This document shows positions 56,106 through 64,000 of a DNA stretch of 64,000 bases, piece after piece (position 1 is the first letter of the stretch; the number at the start of each line of letters is the position of its first letter). Position numbers and translations under genes: made by a program. The DNA is taken from NCBI GenBank assembly GCA_963737065.1, contig CAVTRC010000001.1, positions 1,056,001-1,120,000 of the forward strand, in the 5' to 3' direction. Under the pieces are notes generated by a model. It did not search any database. It was not told where the DNA came from and was given only the letters and a program-made list of their open reading frames with translations. The DNA is from Candidatus Eremiobacteria bacterium. Its GTDB lineage: Bacteria; Vulcanimicrobiota; Vulcanimicrobiia; Vulcanimicrobiales; Vulcanimicrobiaceae.

Positions 56106-57089
56106 CTACGCGCCGATCGTCGTCAGTCCACCGCGAAACGCCATCGTTGCCGCGCCGACTTGACCGGCGTCGTTGCCGAGTTGCGCGACGATGATGCGCG
56201 TCGTGCCGCGTGGCACCATCGTCGTCAGCTCGTCGACGCGGCCGCGCACTGCGTCGAGCATAAAGTCCGCGGCGGTCGAGACGCCGCCGCCGAGCGCAAT
56301 GACCTCCGGGTTCACGAATGCGACGATGTTCGCAAGTCCGATCGAAAGATCGGATGTGAAGTTCTTCCATGCCGCGAGGGCGTGTTGATCGCCGGCCTGC
56401 GCCGCTTTGCGGATCTTCTTCGATCCTAGTTTATCGCGGTCGACGTCGAGCAGGCGGCTTCGCGGGAACGACGCCTGGACCGCGAACGCGTGTCGGATCA
56501 ATCCCGTTCCGGACGCCTGCGCTTCGAAACACCCGATCTTGCCGCAGTTGCAAATGAAACCGTCGGTCGGACGAATCTGATGGTGCCCGATTTCGCCCGC
56601 GCCGAAGCGGTTGCCGAGGACGAGATCGCCGTCGGAAATGATGCCGCCGCCGATTCCCGTGCCGAGCGTGAGCAACACGAAATTTTTCGTTCCGCGCCCC
56701 GTGCCGTAGGTGTATTCGCCGAGCGTCGCGCAACGCGCGTCGTTTCCTACATAGACCGGCAAATCGAAATGCGAGCGCAGCATTTCGCCGAGCGGCTCAT
56801 TCGTCCAATGGAAGTTTGGACTATAGAGCACCGCGCCGGACCGAGGCTCGATATTTCCCGGGGAACCCACGCCGATGCCGACGCAGTTCTTCGCGTCCGC
56901 GTCTTTGAGCGCGCACGTGATCGCGTCCACGAGCACTTTGCCGACACCATCGAATGCAAGATCGTCGAGATCGTGCTCGTGCTGCTGATGGATCGTTCCG
57001 TCGTCGCCGACGACGCCGGCCGTAACGTGGGATCCGCCAAGATCGACGCCGATTGCGGTGCGCACTTTTACCCTCCGTTCGATGGTCAT
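56106..57089 (-). CDS. ROK family sugar kinase (glucokinase-like)
   Basis: GVDLGG, NDARC, TLGTGIGGG, GEIGH, CNCGKIGCFE. Confidence 0.93.
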   Translation of the reverse strand: MTIERRVKVRTAIGVDLGGSHVTAGVVGDDGTIHQQHEHDLDDLAFDGVGKVLVDAITCALKDADAKNCVGIGVGSPGNIEPRSGAVLYSPNFHWTNEPLGEMLRSHFDLPVYVGNDARCATLGEYTYGTGRGTKNFVLLTLGTGIGGGIISDGDLVLGNRFGAGEIGHHQIRPTDGFICNCGKIGCFEAQASGTGLIRHAFAVQASFPRSRLLDVDRDKLGSKKIRKAAQAGDQHALAAWKNFTSDLSIGLANIVAFVNPEVIALGGGVSTAADFMLDAVRGRVDELTTMVPRGTTRIIVAQLGNDAGQVGAATMAFRGGLTTIGA

Positions 57090-57189
57090 GGAGTTCGCGC
57101 GAAACGCGCGAATCGGAGCAGGCGAGCTTGATTCTTAACTAAACCGCGAGGCCCTACCCGCAACGCATAGCGAAGTATGCGCTATCGCT

Positions 57190-57858
57190 ATGGAGACAAT
57201 CGACCTCATCGGCCTGCGCGATATTACCCGCCGCACCGGCCAGCCGACCCATCCCGAGCTCCTCGACATGCGCCCGATGGAGCATGTCAAAGAGATCGAA
57301 ATCACCGAAGAACACATCACGGTAAAATATAACGAAGCGACCACGCGTTACTACAACGCGAATGAAGTCACGCATCGAGAGTGGGTGTATAAATACAACG
57401 ACGATCCCGACTTCGTGCGCGCGATCGCAAAAGTGATCGAACTTGCGCGCAAGCACCTCAAAGACATGCCGGAGAACCTAACGTGTCCGCCGGGCTGTGC
57501 CGAGTGTTGCAGCGGATACGAGCCGTTTGTTAGCCGCGCCGACGTTCAACGTATCGCCGATCATCTCGGCATGACGTATCAGGACGTCATGGACGAATAC
57601 GTCGTCAAGCGTCCGTCCGCGGACGGTTTCCACGTCGGATGGTTGCGTAAAGTCACGGACGATCTCGCGGACAACTGCGTGTTCCTGATGGGCACGAAGA
57701 GCGGCCACTACTACTGCGGCATCTACGAAGCGCGACCGCACGATTGCGGCGATTTCACGCCGATCGGCTGCGAAGACGTCGACGCCGATCTCTCGCACGA
57801 CCGCGCGTTCAAAGTGGGCGCTCCGTTCCGCCCGAACCCTCGGCGGCGCAGACGTTAG
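57190..57858 (+). CDS. YkgJ family cysteine-cluster protein
   Basis: CPPGCAECC, CVFL, CGIYEARPHDC. Confidence 0.85.
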   Translation: METIDLIGLRDITRRTGQPTHPELLDMRPMEHVKEIEITEEHITVKYNEATTRYYNANEVTHREWVYKYNDDPDFVRAIAKVIELARKHLKDMPENLTCPPGCAECCSGYEPFVSRADVQRIADHLGMTYQDVMDEYVVKRPSADGFHVGWLRKVTDDLADNCVFLMGTKSGHYYCGIYEARPHDCGDFTPIGCEDVDADLSHDRAFKVGAPFRPNPRRRRR

Positions 57859-57903
57859 TCTTTTCATAAGGAAAGCGACGGCGCAACACGGTAGTAGAGC
57901 GGC

Positions 57904-60876
57904 ATGAAGAGATTGATGCCGCTTCGTCGTTTTTGTGCATTTGCGGCGCTCGCCGCATTGGCCGGCACGATGTTGCCGCTTCCGGCTCGCACGCAGACGA
58001 TCGCGCTATCGCAGTACGCAGGAATGCGCTGGCGGTTCATCGGCCCGCTGCGAGGCGGACGTACGAAAGCCGTCGCCGGCGTGCCGAATCAGCCGAACCG
58101 TTTTTACATCGGCGCGGTGAACGGCGGAATTTGGCGTACCGACGACGCGGGCCGGACGTGGGTTCCGCTCTTCGACAACGAACCGACCGGATCGATCGGT
58201 GCCATCGCCGTCGCGCAAAGCGACCCGAATATCATCTATGCGGGCAGCGGCGAGGGCGAACAACGCCCCGATCTCTCGGTCGGCAACGGCATCTATAAGT
58301 CGACGGACGGCGGCGCGACGTGGACGCATCTTGGTCTACGCGACGGTCAGCAAATTCCGCAAATGGCGGTCGATCCGAAGAACCCGGATCGTCTCTTCGT
58401 AGCGGTGCTCGGTCATCCGTTCGGACCTAATTCCGAGCGTGGCGTCTATCGTTCGCTCGACGGCGGCGCAACCTTCAAGCGCGTGCTGTATCGTGACGAG
58501 AACACCGGAGCAAACGACGTCGAAATCGATCCGTCGAATCCGAACGTCGTGTACGCGACGTTGTGGTCGGCGCGTGCGGCGCCATGGGAAGCGGGGCCGT
58601 TCCAACGCGCGGGCAGCGGCGTTTTCAAATCAACCGATGGCGGCGACACTTGGACGAAACTGACGAACGGTTTGCCGCCGCGCATCGGGCGTTCGGAACT
58701 CGGCATCGCGCCGTCGGACACGAACATCGTGTATGCGGGGGTTGACGCACCGACGGGTTGCGCAATCTACCGCAGCGACGACGCCGGACAACACTTCTCG
58801 CTTACGAGCAGCGACGATCGCGTCTGCGCACGTGCGGGCGATTTGCTCACGGTTACGGTCGATCCGAAAGATCCGCATACGGTGTACGCCACCAGTACGT
58901 CGCTGTACCGGTCGAGCGATAGCGGTAAAACGTTCACGCCGATAAAAGGCGCGCCGGGCGGTGACGATTATCAAGCCGTGTGGATCAATCCGAACGATCC
59001 GAACATCCTCGCACTGACGTCGGATCAAGGCGCGGAGATTTCGGTCGATCGCGGAAAGACGTGGAGCTCGTGGTACAACCAGCCGACCGGGCAAATGTAC
59101 CACGTCAATACCGATGACCGTCTTCCATATTGGGTCTGTGGTGGGCAACAAGATTCAGGGTCGGCTTGCGTTCTGAGCCGAGGCGATTGGGGGCAAGTCA
59201 ACCAGCGCGACTGGCATCCCGCCGGGGCTGAAGAGTACGGATACGTCGTTCCCGATCCGCTTCACGCGGGCAATTTTTACGGCGGCAAAGTCGAACATTT
59301 CGACGAGCATACGTCGCAGACGCAAGAAGTATCGCCGAACCCGATGCGCACGAAGCCGTATCGCGTCGTTCGGACCGAACCGATCGCGTTCGATCATTTC
59401 GACAAGCACGCGATGTATTTCGGCGCAAATCAGGTCTACGTCACACGCGACGGCGGCATGCATTGGAAAGCGATCAGCCCGGATCTAACGCGTGCGAAGT
59501 GGGCGATGCCCCGGGTCATCGAGTCGTTCGAGTCCGACGATCCCGAGAAAGGGGCACATCGCGGTGTCGTCTACGCGCTGGCACCGTCATATAGACATGC
59601 GGGCACGCTGTGGGCTGGAACCGATGACGGGTTGGTGTGGATCACGCGCGATCACGGCGCGCACTGGAAAAACGTTACGCCGCCCAACCTCGCGGCCTGG
59701 AGCAAGATCTCGCAAATCGATGCATCACGTATCGACGACGACACGGCCTACGTTGCCGTTAACCGCTTTCGTCTCGACGATCTGCGACCGTGGATCTTCC
59801 GCACGCACGACGGCGGTGTACATTGGACGTCGATCGGCGACGGCTTGCCCACGGACGAACCCGTCAACGCCGTCCGTCAAGATCCGCACGTGCGCGGATT
59901 GCTCTACGCGGCGACGGAAGGCAACGTCTACGTCTCGTTCGACGACGGCGCGCACTGGCAATCACTGCAGAACAATCTTCCGCACACGTCGATGCGCGAC
60001 ATCACCGTGCACGGCGACGACCTCATCGTGGCAACGCATGGTCGCGGATTCTGGATCCTCGACGACATCGAACCGCTTCGCGAACTTGCGCGCTCCGGTG
60101 CTTTCAACGGCACGCACCTGTTCACGCCGCAACTCACGTATCGCGTTCGGCGCAACACCAATACGGATACGCCGCTGCCGCCCGAGGAGCCGCACGGCCA
60201 GAATCCGCCCGCCGGTGCGATCGTCGATTATACGCTGAACGCTCCGGCGCAACGCGTCGTCATAACGATCCGCGACAGTAGAGGCAATGTCGTTCGCCGT
60301 TATGCGAGTGACGATCCCGAACCGCCCGCGGTACAATTCGATAAGCCTTCGTACTGGGAGCAGCCCTTCCAACGTCCGGACGCGAGCATCGGCATGCATC
60401 GGTTCGCGTGGGACTTGCACGAAACAGCGCCGCAATCGGTGACGGTCGATCTGCCGATGACGGCGAACGCGGGTGAGACGCCGCGCGTGCCGCAAGGCGC
60501 ACTCGTCGTTCCGGGACATTATACCGTCGAGCTGACCGTCGATGGCCGGTCGCAGTCGCGCCCGCTCGCACTCGTGATGGATCCGCGCATTCACATCAGT
60601 TCTGCGGATCTGCAACGGCAATACGACATGGCGCACGAGACGACGGCAATGATGAACGGCACGTATGCGGCGCTGCAAAACGCGAGACGGACGAGTCAAA
60701 CAAAGCGCGCGACGCAGCTGGGAACGCTCAATATGCGTTTGACCGGTTTGTTCGACCTGATTGACGGCGCGGACGCACCGATACCGGAGGGGACGCGGCG
60801 CGCCTTTTGCACGCTCCGCGAGCAATCGATAGCCGCAGGCGCTGCGTCACCGCGCCGCAACCCGTTCTGTCCCTAG
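57904..60876 (+). CDS. Secreted VPS10/BNR-repeat glycosyl hydrolase-like protein
   Basis: WRFIGPLRGGR, many S.DGG.TW Asp-box repeats, ATHGRGFWILDD. Confidence 0.9.
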   Translation: MKRLMPLRRFCAFAALAALAGTMLPLPARTQTIALSQYAGMRWRFIGPLRGGRTKAVAGVPNQPNRFYIGAVNGGIWRTDDAGRTWVPLFDNEPTGSIGAIAVAQSDPNIIYAGSGEGEQRPDLSVGNGIYKSTDGGATWTHLGLRDGQQIPQMAVDPKNPDRLFVAVLGHPFGPNSERGVYRSLDGGATFKRVLYRDENTGANDVEIDPSNPNVVYATLWSARAAPWEAGPFQRAGSGVFKSTDGGDTWTKLTNGLPPRIGRSELGIAPSDTNIVYAGVDAPTGCAIYRSDDAGQHFSLTSSDDRVCARAGDLLTVTVDPKDPHTVYATSTSLYRSSDSGKTFTPIKGAPGGDDYQAVWINPNDPNILALTSDQGAEISVDRGKTWSSWYNQPTGQMYHVNTDDRLPYWVCGGQQDSGSACVLSRGDWGQVNQRDWHPAGAEEYGYVVPDPLHAGNFYGGKVEHFDEHTSQTQEVSPNPMRTKPYRVVRTEPIAFDHFDKHAMYFGANQVYVTRDGGMHWKAISPDLTRAKWAMPRVIESFESDDPEKGAHRGVVYALAPSYRHAGTLWAGTDDGLVWITRDHGAHWKNVTPPNLAAWSKISQIDASRIDDDTAYVAVNRFRLDDLRPWIFRTHDGGVHWTSIGDGLPTDEPVNAVRQDPHVRGLLYAATEGNVYVSFDDGAHWQSLQNNLPHTSMRDITVHGDDLIVATHGRGFWILDDIEPLRELARSGAFNGTHLFTPQLTYRVRRNTNTDTPLPPEEPHGQNPPAGAIVDYTLNAPAQRVVITIRDSRGNVVRRYASDDPEPPAVQFDKPSYWEQPFQRPDASIGMHRFAWDLHETAPQSVTVDLPMTANAGETPRVPQGALVVPGHYTVELTVDGRSQSRPLALVMDPRIHISSADLQRQYDMAHETTAMMNGTYAALQNARRTSQTKRATQLGTLNMRLTGLFDLIDGADAPIPEGTRRAFCTLREQSIAAGAASPRRNPFCP

Positions 60877-60912
60877 CGAAGTACTGCTCGATGAAAGGAG
60901 CTCCATACTGCA

Positions 60913-61317
60913 ATGAATACTTTCCGTCTCGGAGCGCTCGCGCTCACCATGGCGGCGACGTCGTCCGCCGGCACGTTTGCCGCGTCCGACTCTCTAACGA
61001 TCCCGATGAAGGCGCTCAATGACAGCGGCGAAAGCGGCAGCGCGGTACTGACGCAGCAGGACGACGGCGTGCACGTCGCCGTCACGCTGCAAAACGCGCC
61101 GAAAGACACGCCGCAGCCGACGCACATCCACATCGGGACCTGCGGCAACATCAACAAGGCGCCGGAATACGCGCTCGTCAATACGGTTGACGGCAAAGGT
61201 GAATCGGTTGTCAAAGGCGTGAAGTTGAGCGATCTCATGGCCGCCAAGTACGCGATCAACGTGCACAAGCGCGGCGATGATCTCGGCACATACGTGTCCT
61301 GCGGCGACATCAAGTAA
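60913..61317 (+). CDS. Secreted CHRD-like protein
   Basis: Signal peptide, QPTHIH.GTC, AINVH..CGDI. Confidence 0.7.
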   Translation: MNTFRLGALALTMAATSSAGTFAASDSLTIPMKALNDSGESGSAVLTQQDDGVHVAVTLQNAPKDTPQPTHIHIGTCGNINKAPEYALVNTVDGKGESVVKGVKLSDLMAAKYAINVHKRGDDLGTYVSCGDIK

Positions 61318-61381
61318 CCCCGCAGAGTCGAGAAACGCGCGTGTAAGGTGAAGCGCGGGCGGGACGGCGAACGCAAGCATC

Positions 61382-61978
61382 ATGGACCGTCCTTCACCTG
61401 CTTCGCGGTTCGGCGAACCGCCCGAAGACGCGCTGCCCGGGGATATCCGGGAAATCTACGAGACGAATCGCGCAAAGATCGGATTCGTGCCCAACGTCTT
61501 TCGCGCGTACGCGCAGCGTCCCGAACACTTCCGCGCGTTCATGGCCTACCATGACGTGCTGATGAAGGGAACGAGCGGTCTCTCTCGTCCGGAGCGCGAG
61601 GCAATCGTGGTTGCGGTGAGCGCTGCGAATCGCTGCCAATATTGCATGACCGCGCATGGTGCAGCACTGCGCATCCTCGGCAAAGACCCAATCCTCGCGG
61701 AACAGATTGCAAACAACTGGCGTACGGCCGAACTATCACCGCGGTTGCGGACGATGCTGGAGTTTGCAACGAACGTAAACGAACCCGGATTCGCGGCGAG
61801 CGATGGCGACATCGAGGGGTTGCGCGCATCGGGGTTCACCGACGACGAGATCTGGGATATCGCCGCTATCGCGGCATTTTTCGGCTTTTCGAATCGAATG
61901 GCCGGGCTGATGGATATGCGTCCGAACGAAGAGTTTTATTCGATGGGGCGGAGTGTACCGGCTTCGGCGGCCAAGTGA
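61382..61978 (+). CDS. Peroxidase-related enzyme (AhpD/CMD family)
   Basis: GFVPNVF, NRCQYC..AHGA, SNRMA. Confidence 0.9.
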   Translation: MDRPSPASRFGEPPEDALPGDIREIYETNRAKIGFVPNVFRAYAQRPEHFRAFMAYHDVLMKGTSGLSRPEREAIVVAVSAANRCQYCMTAHGAALRILGKDPILAEQIANNWRTAELSPRLRTMLEFATNVNEPGFAASDGDIEGLRASGFTDDEIWDIAAIAAFFGFSNRMAGLMDMRPNEEFYSMGRSVPASAAK

Positions 61979-62079
61979 CGCGCATCACCGCTTTTTGCAA
62001 TGATGGGAGGGCGCGCAATACGGCACGCGTGCGTGGTGGGTACGAATTGTACGTAGCATGAAAGGAGGTCCCGGTAAAC

Positions 62080-62457
62080 TTGAATACCGTACACAATCGC
62101 GTTCCGTGGATCAATCTTGCGATCGGCATTATGACGATCATCTCACCGTACGCGCTTGGTACGTCGGACAACGCCGCGAGATGGAGCTTAACGATCACCG
62201 GCATCATCGTCGGTATCGTGGCAATCATCGAACTCGCAATGGATAGGCAAAACCGCGGCGTCGCGTATTGGCCCGTGATCAATCTGCTCGCCGGCATTTG
62301 GCTCATCATTTCGACGTCGCTTGCAGCCGGCAACACAGCCGTCGTCTGGAACGATATCATCCTCGGTGTAGCGGCGATCGTAACCGCGCTTGTGGCAATG
62401 TCTTACGAACGGATACACGCAAGCGCAGCCAATCCGAATCTGACCCATCGCGTCTAG
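62080..62457 (+). CDS. SPW-repeat membrane protein
   Basis: WINLAIG..ISPYALG repeat pattern, AAGGAGG RBS. Confidence 0.75.
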   Translation: MNTVHNRVPWINLAIGIMTIISPYALGTSDNAARWSLTITGIIVGIVAIIELAMDRQNRGVAYWPVINLLAGIWLIISTSLAAGNTAVVWNDIILGVAAIVTALVAMSYERIHASAANPNLTHRV

Positions 62458-62474
62458 TCCCGACCACCTAGAAT

Positions 62475-62508
62475 AAAAACACCGGCTCATTGACGAACCG
62501 GTGTTTTT
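62475..62508. terminator. Bidirectional intrinsic terminator
   Basis: AAAAACACCGG..CCGGTGTTTTT between convergent genes. Confidence 0.8.
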
Positions 62509-62566
62509 CGGCGGTGAATGGCGTTAGTTCAAGGACGTGAAACCATAACGTTACGGCTTCCTTCAA

Positions 62567-63520
62567 TTACGCGAGCAATGACGCGAAGCGGGCGCGGTCG
62601 ACGTTGCCGCCGCTAATGATTACGCCGACGCGTTTATGCTCTACCGGGATCTTGTGATTCAACAACGCCGCAAGGCCGGCTGCGCCGCTCGGCTCGATGA
62701 CCAGTTTCATTCGCTCGAACACGAAGCGCATCGCATCGACGAGTTCGTCGTCGCTCACCGTCACGACGCCGGCGGCGTGCTCGCGGAGCACGCCGAACGT
62801 AACGTCGCCGGGGGATTGCGTTTGCAATCCATCGGCAATCGTCTGCGGAACGCTGATAACGACGCGCTCGCCTTTTTCAAGCGACTGCTTCACGTCGTCG
62901 CCCGCAGCGGGTTCGACGCCCCAGACTTCGATCTTCGGATCGTGTCCGTGCGCGGCGAGTGCGGTTCCGGAAAGTAATCCGCCGCCACCGACGGGCGTCA
63001 CCATTACGTCAACATCGCCGGCGTCTTCCAGCAACTCTAGTGCCGCGGTTCCCGCGCCCGCCACAATACGCTCGTCGTCGTAGGGCGGAACGATCGTCGC
63101 GCGGCGCTCGTCGGCGATCCGTTGCGCGATCACCGCGCGGTTCTCTTCCGATCGTTCGTAGAGCGCAACGTCCGCACCGTATCCGCGGGTCGCCGCAAGT
63201 TTGCTCTCGGGTGCGTCGCGCGGCATCACGATGACGGCCGGCATGTCGAGGAGCTTCGCAGCCAGCGCCACGCCCTGTGCATGATTGCCGCTGGAGTAAG
63301 CGACGACCCCGCGGCCGCGCTCTTCCGGGCTCATCTGCACCATACGATTGTATGCGCCGCGAAACTTGAACGCGCCCATGCGCTGCAGGTTCTCACACTT
63401 CACGAACACGCGCGCACCGGTCGCTTCATCGAGCGTCGCCGACGTAACGACCGGCGTGCGATGAACGATGCCGTTTACGCGCTGCGCCGCTGCACGAACG
63501 TCGCCGTAGCTAACCGGCAT
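62567..63520 (-). CDS. PLP-dependent Ser/Thr dehydratase family (threo-3-hydroxyaspartate ammonia-lyase-like)
   Basis: KCENLQRMGAFKFRGA, SSGNHAQG, PVGGGGL, EPSGA, ISGGN. Confidence 0.93.
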   Translation of the reverse strand: MPVSYGDVRAAAQRVNGIVHRTPVVTSATLDEATGARVFVKCENLQRMGAFKFRGAYNRMVQMSPEERGRGVVAYSSGNHAQGVALAAKLLDMPAVIVMPRDAPESKLAATRGYGADVALYERSEENRAVIAQRIADERRATIVPPYDDERIVAGAGTAALELLEDAGDVDVMVTPVGGGGLLSGTALAAHGHDPKIEVWGVEPAAGDDVKQSLEKGERVVISVPQTIADGLQTQSPGDVTFGVLREHAAGVVTVSDDELVDAMRFVFERMKLVIEPSGAAGLAALLNHKIPVEHKRVGVIISGGNVDRARFASLLA

Positions 63521-63878
63521 TCGGCGCGGCGTGGAAGTACCAGTTTACGACCTTGCTTTGGTCGTCCAATTGGATCCACTCGTTGTACGTGCTCTTGTCG
63601 AACTTCACCGTCAAGCAGTGGTAGCCCGCGCGGTTGCACGGCGTCACCTCTTTGACCGAGTTCAACTTACCCTGCTCATCGAGCTCGTCCGCCCAATTCG
63701 CAACCTGCACGCGCGTCAAGTGCACGTTCGGCGCAAGGTCGTTCTTCACCGGCGCCATGTCGTTGTGCATGACGGCTTCCGTAATCTTCTGCGCTTCGCG
63801 CTCGTACTTGTTTTGGAACGAACAGCCGGCAAGCAGCGCGGCTATCGAAACGACGGCCACTAGCGGTCGAATCTTCAC
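63510..63878 (-). CDS. Hypothetical lipoprotein
   Basis: Lipobox LAGC. Confidence 0.7.
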   Translation of the reverse strand: MKIRPLVAVVSIAALLAGCSFQNKYEREAQKITEAVMHNDMAPVKNDLAPNVHLTRVQVANWADELDEQGKLNSVKEVTPCNRAGYHCLTVKFDKSTYNEWIQLDDQSKVVNWYFHAAPNAG

Positions 63879-64000
63879 GATGGGATCGTCTCCTCTGCGA
63901 TTTCGGCGACAAACGATGCGAACACGAGGCCGGGGTTCCATTCCTGCGCGAGCCGCACGCTCCATTCGCTCTCGAAGAGCGCGACCGGGCGGCCTTCCCA

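Overview
GC-rich bacterial chromosome segment. Gene style suggests Eremiobacterota/WPS-2-like host (inference only). Mostly housekeeping and accessory genes: aceE-aceF, acnA, rnd, rpiB, bolA-grxD-sulfurtransferase, two TonB-dependent receptors, two ASMase-like metallophosphoesterases, an osmoprotectant-type ABC transporter, egtD, a GT28 glycosyltransferase, a ROK kinase and others. The main feature is a ~17.4 kb foreign element (29149-46570) that splits ppk1 in two and is flanked by a GATCAA direct repeat. It encodes a family-A DNA polymerase, terminase large subunit and a possible small subunit, a Holliday-junction resolvase, AlpA-like and XRE regulators, plasmid-type HTH proteins and cargo (fatty-acid desaturase, MDR oxidoreductase). 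No integrase, portal, capsid or tail gene is recognisable. Its two ends look like adjacent parts of one operon (a circle opened at the insertion point), and it carries dif-like 11-6-11 sites. Also present: a promoter-and-terminator-bounded candidate sRNA next to a 94-bp tandem repeat array (12.2-13.1 kb). Many single-base frameshifts suggest long-read consensus errors, so an assembly chimera must be excluded for the insertion.
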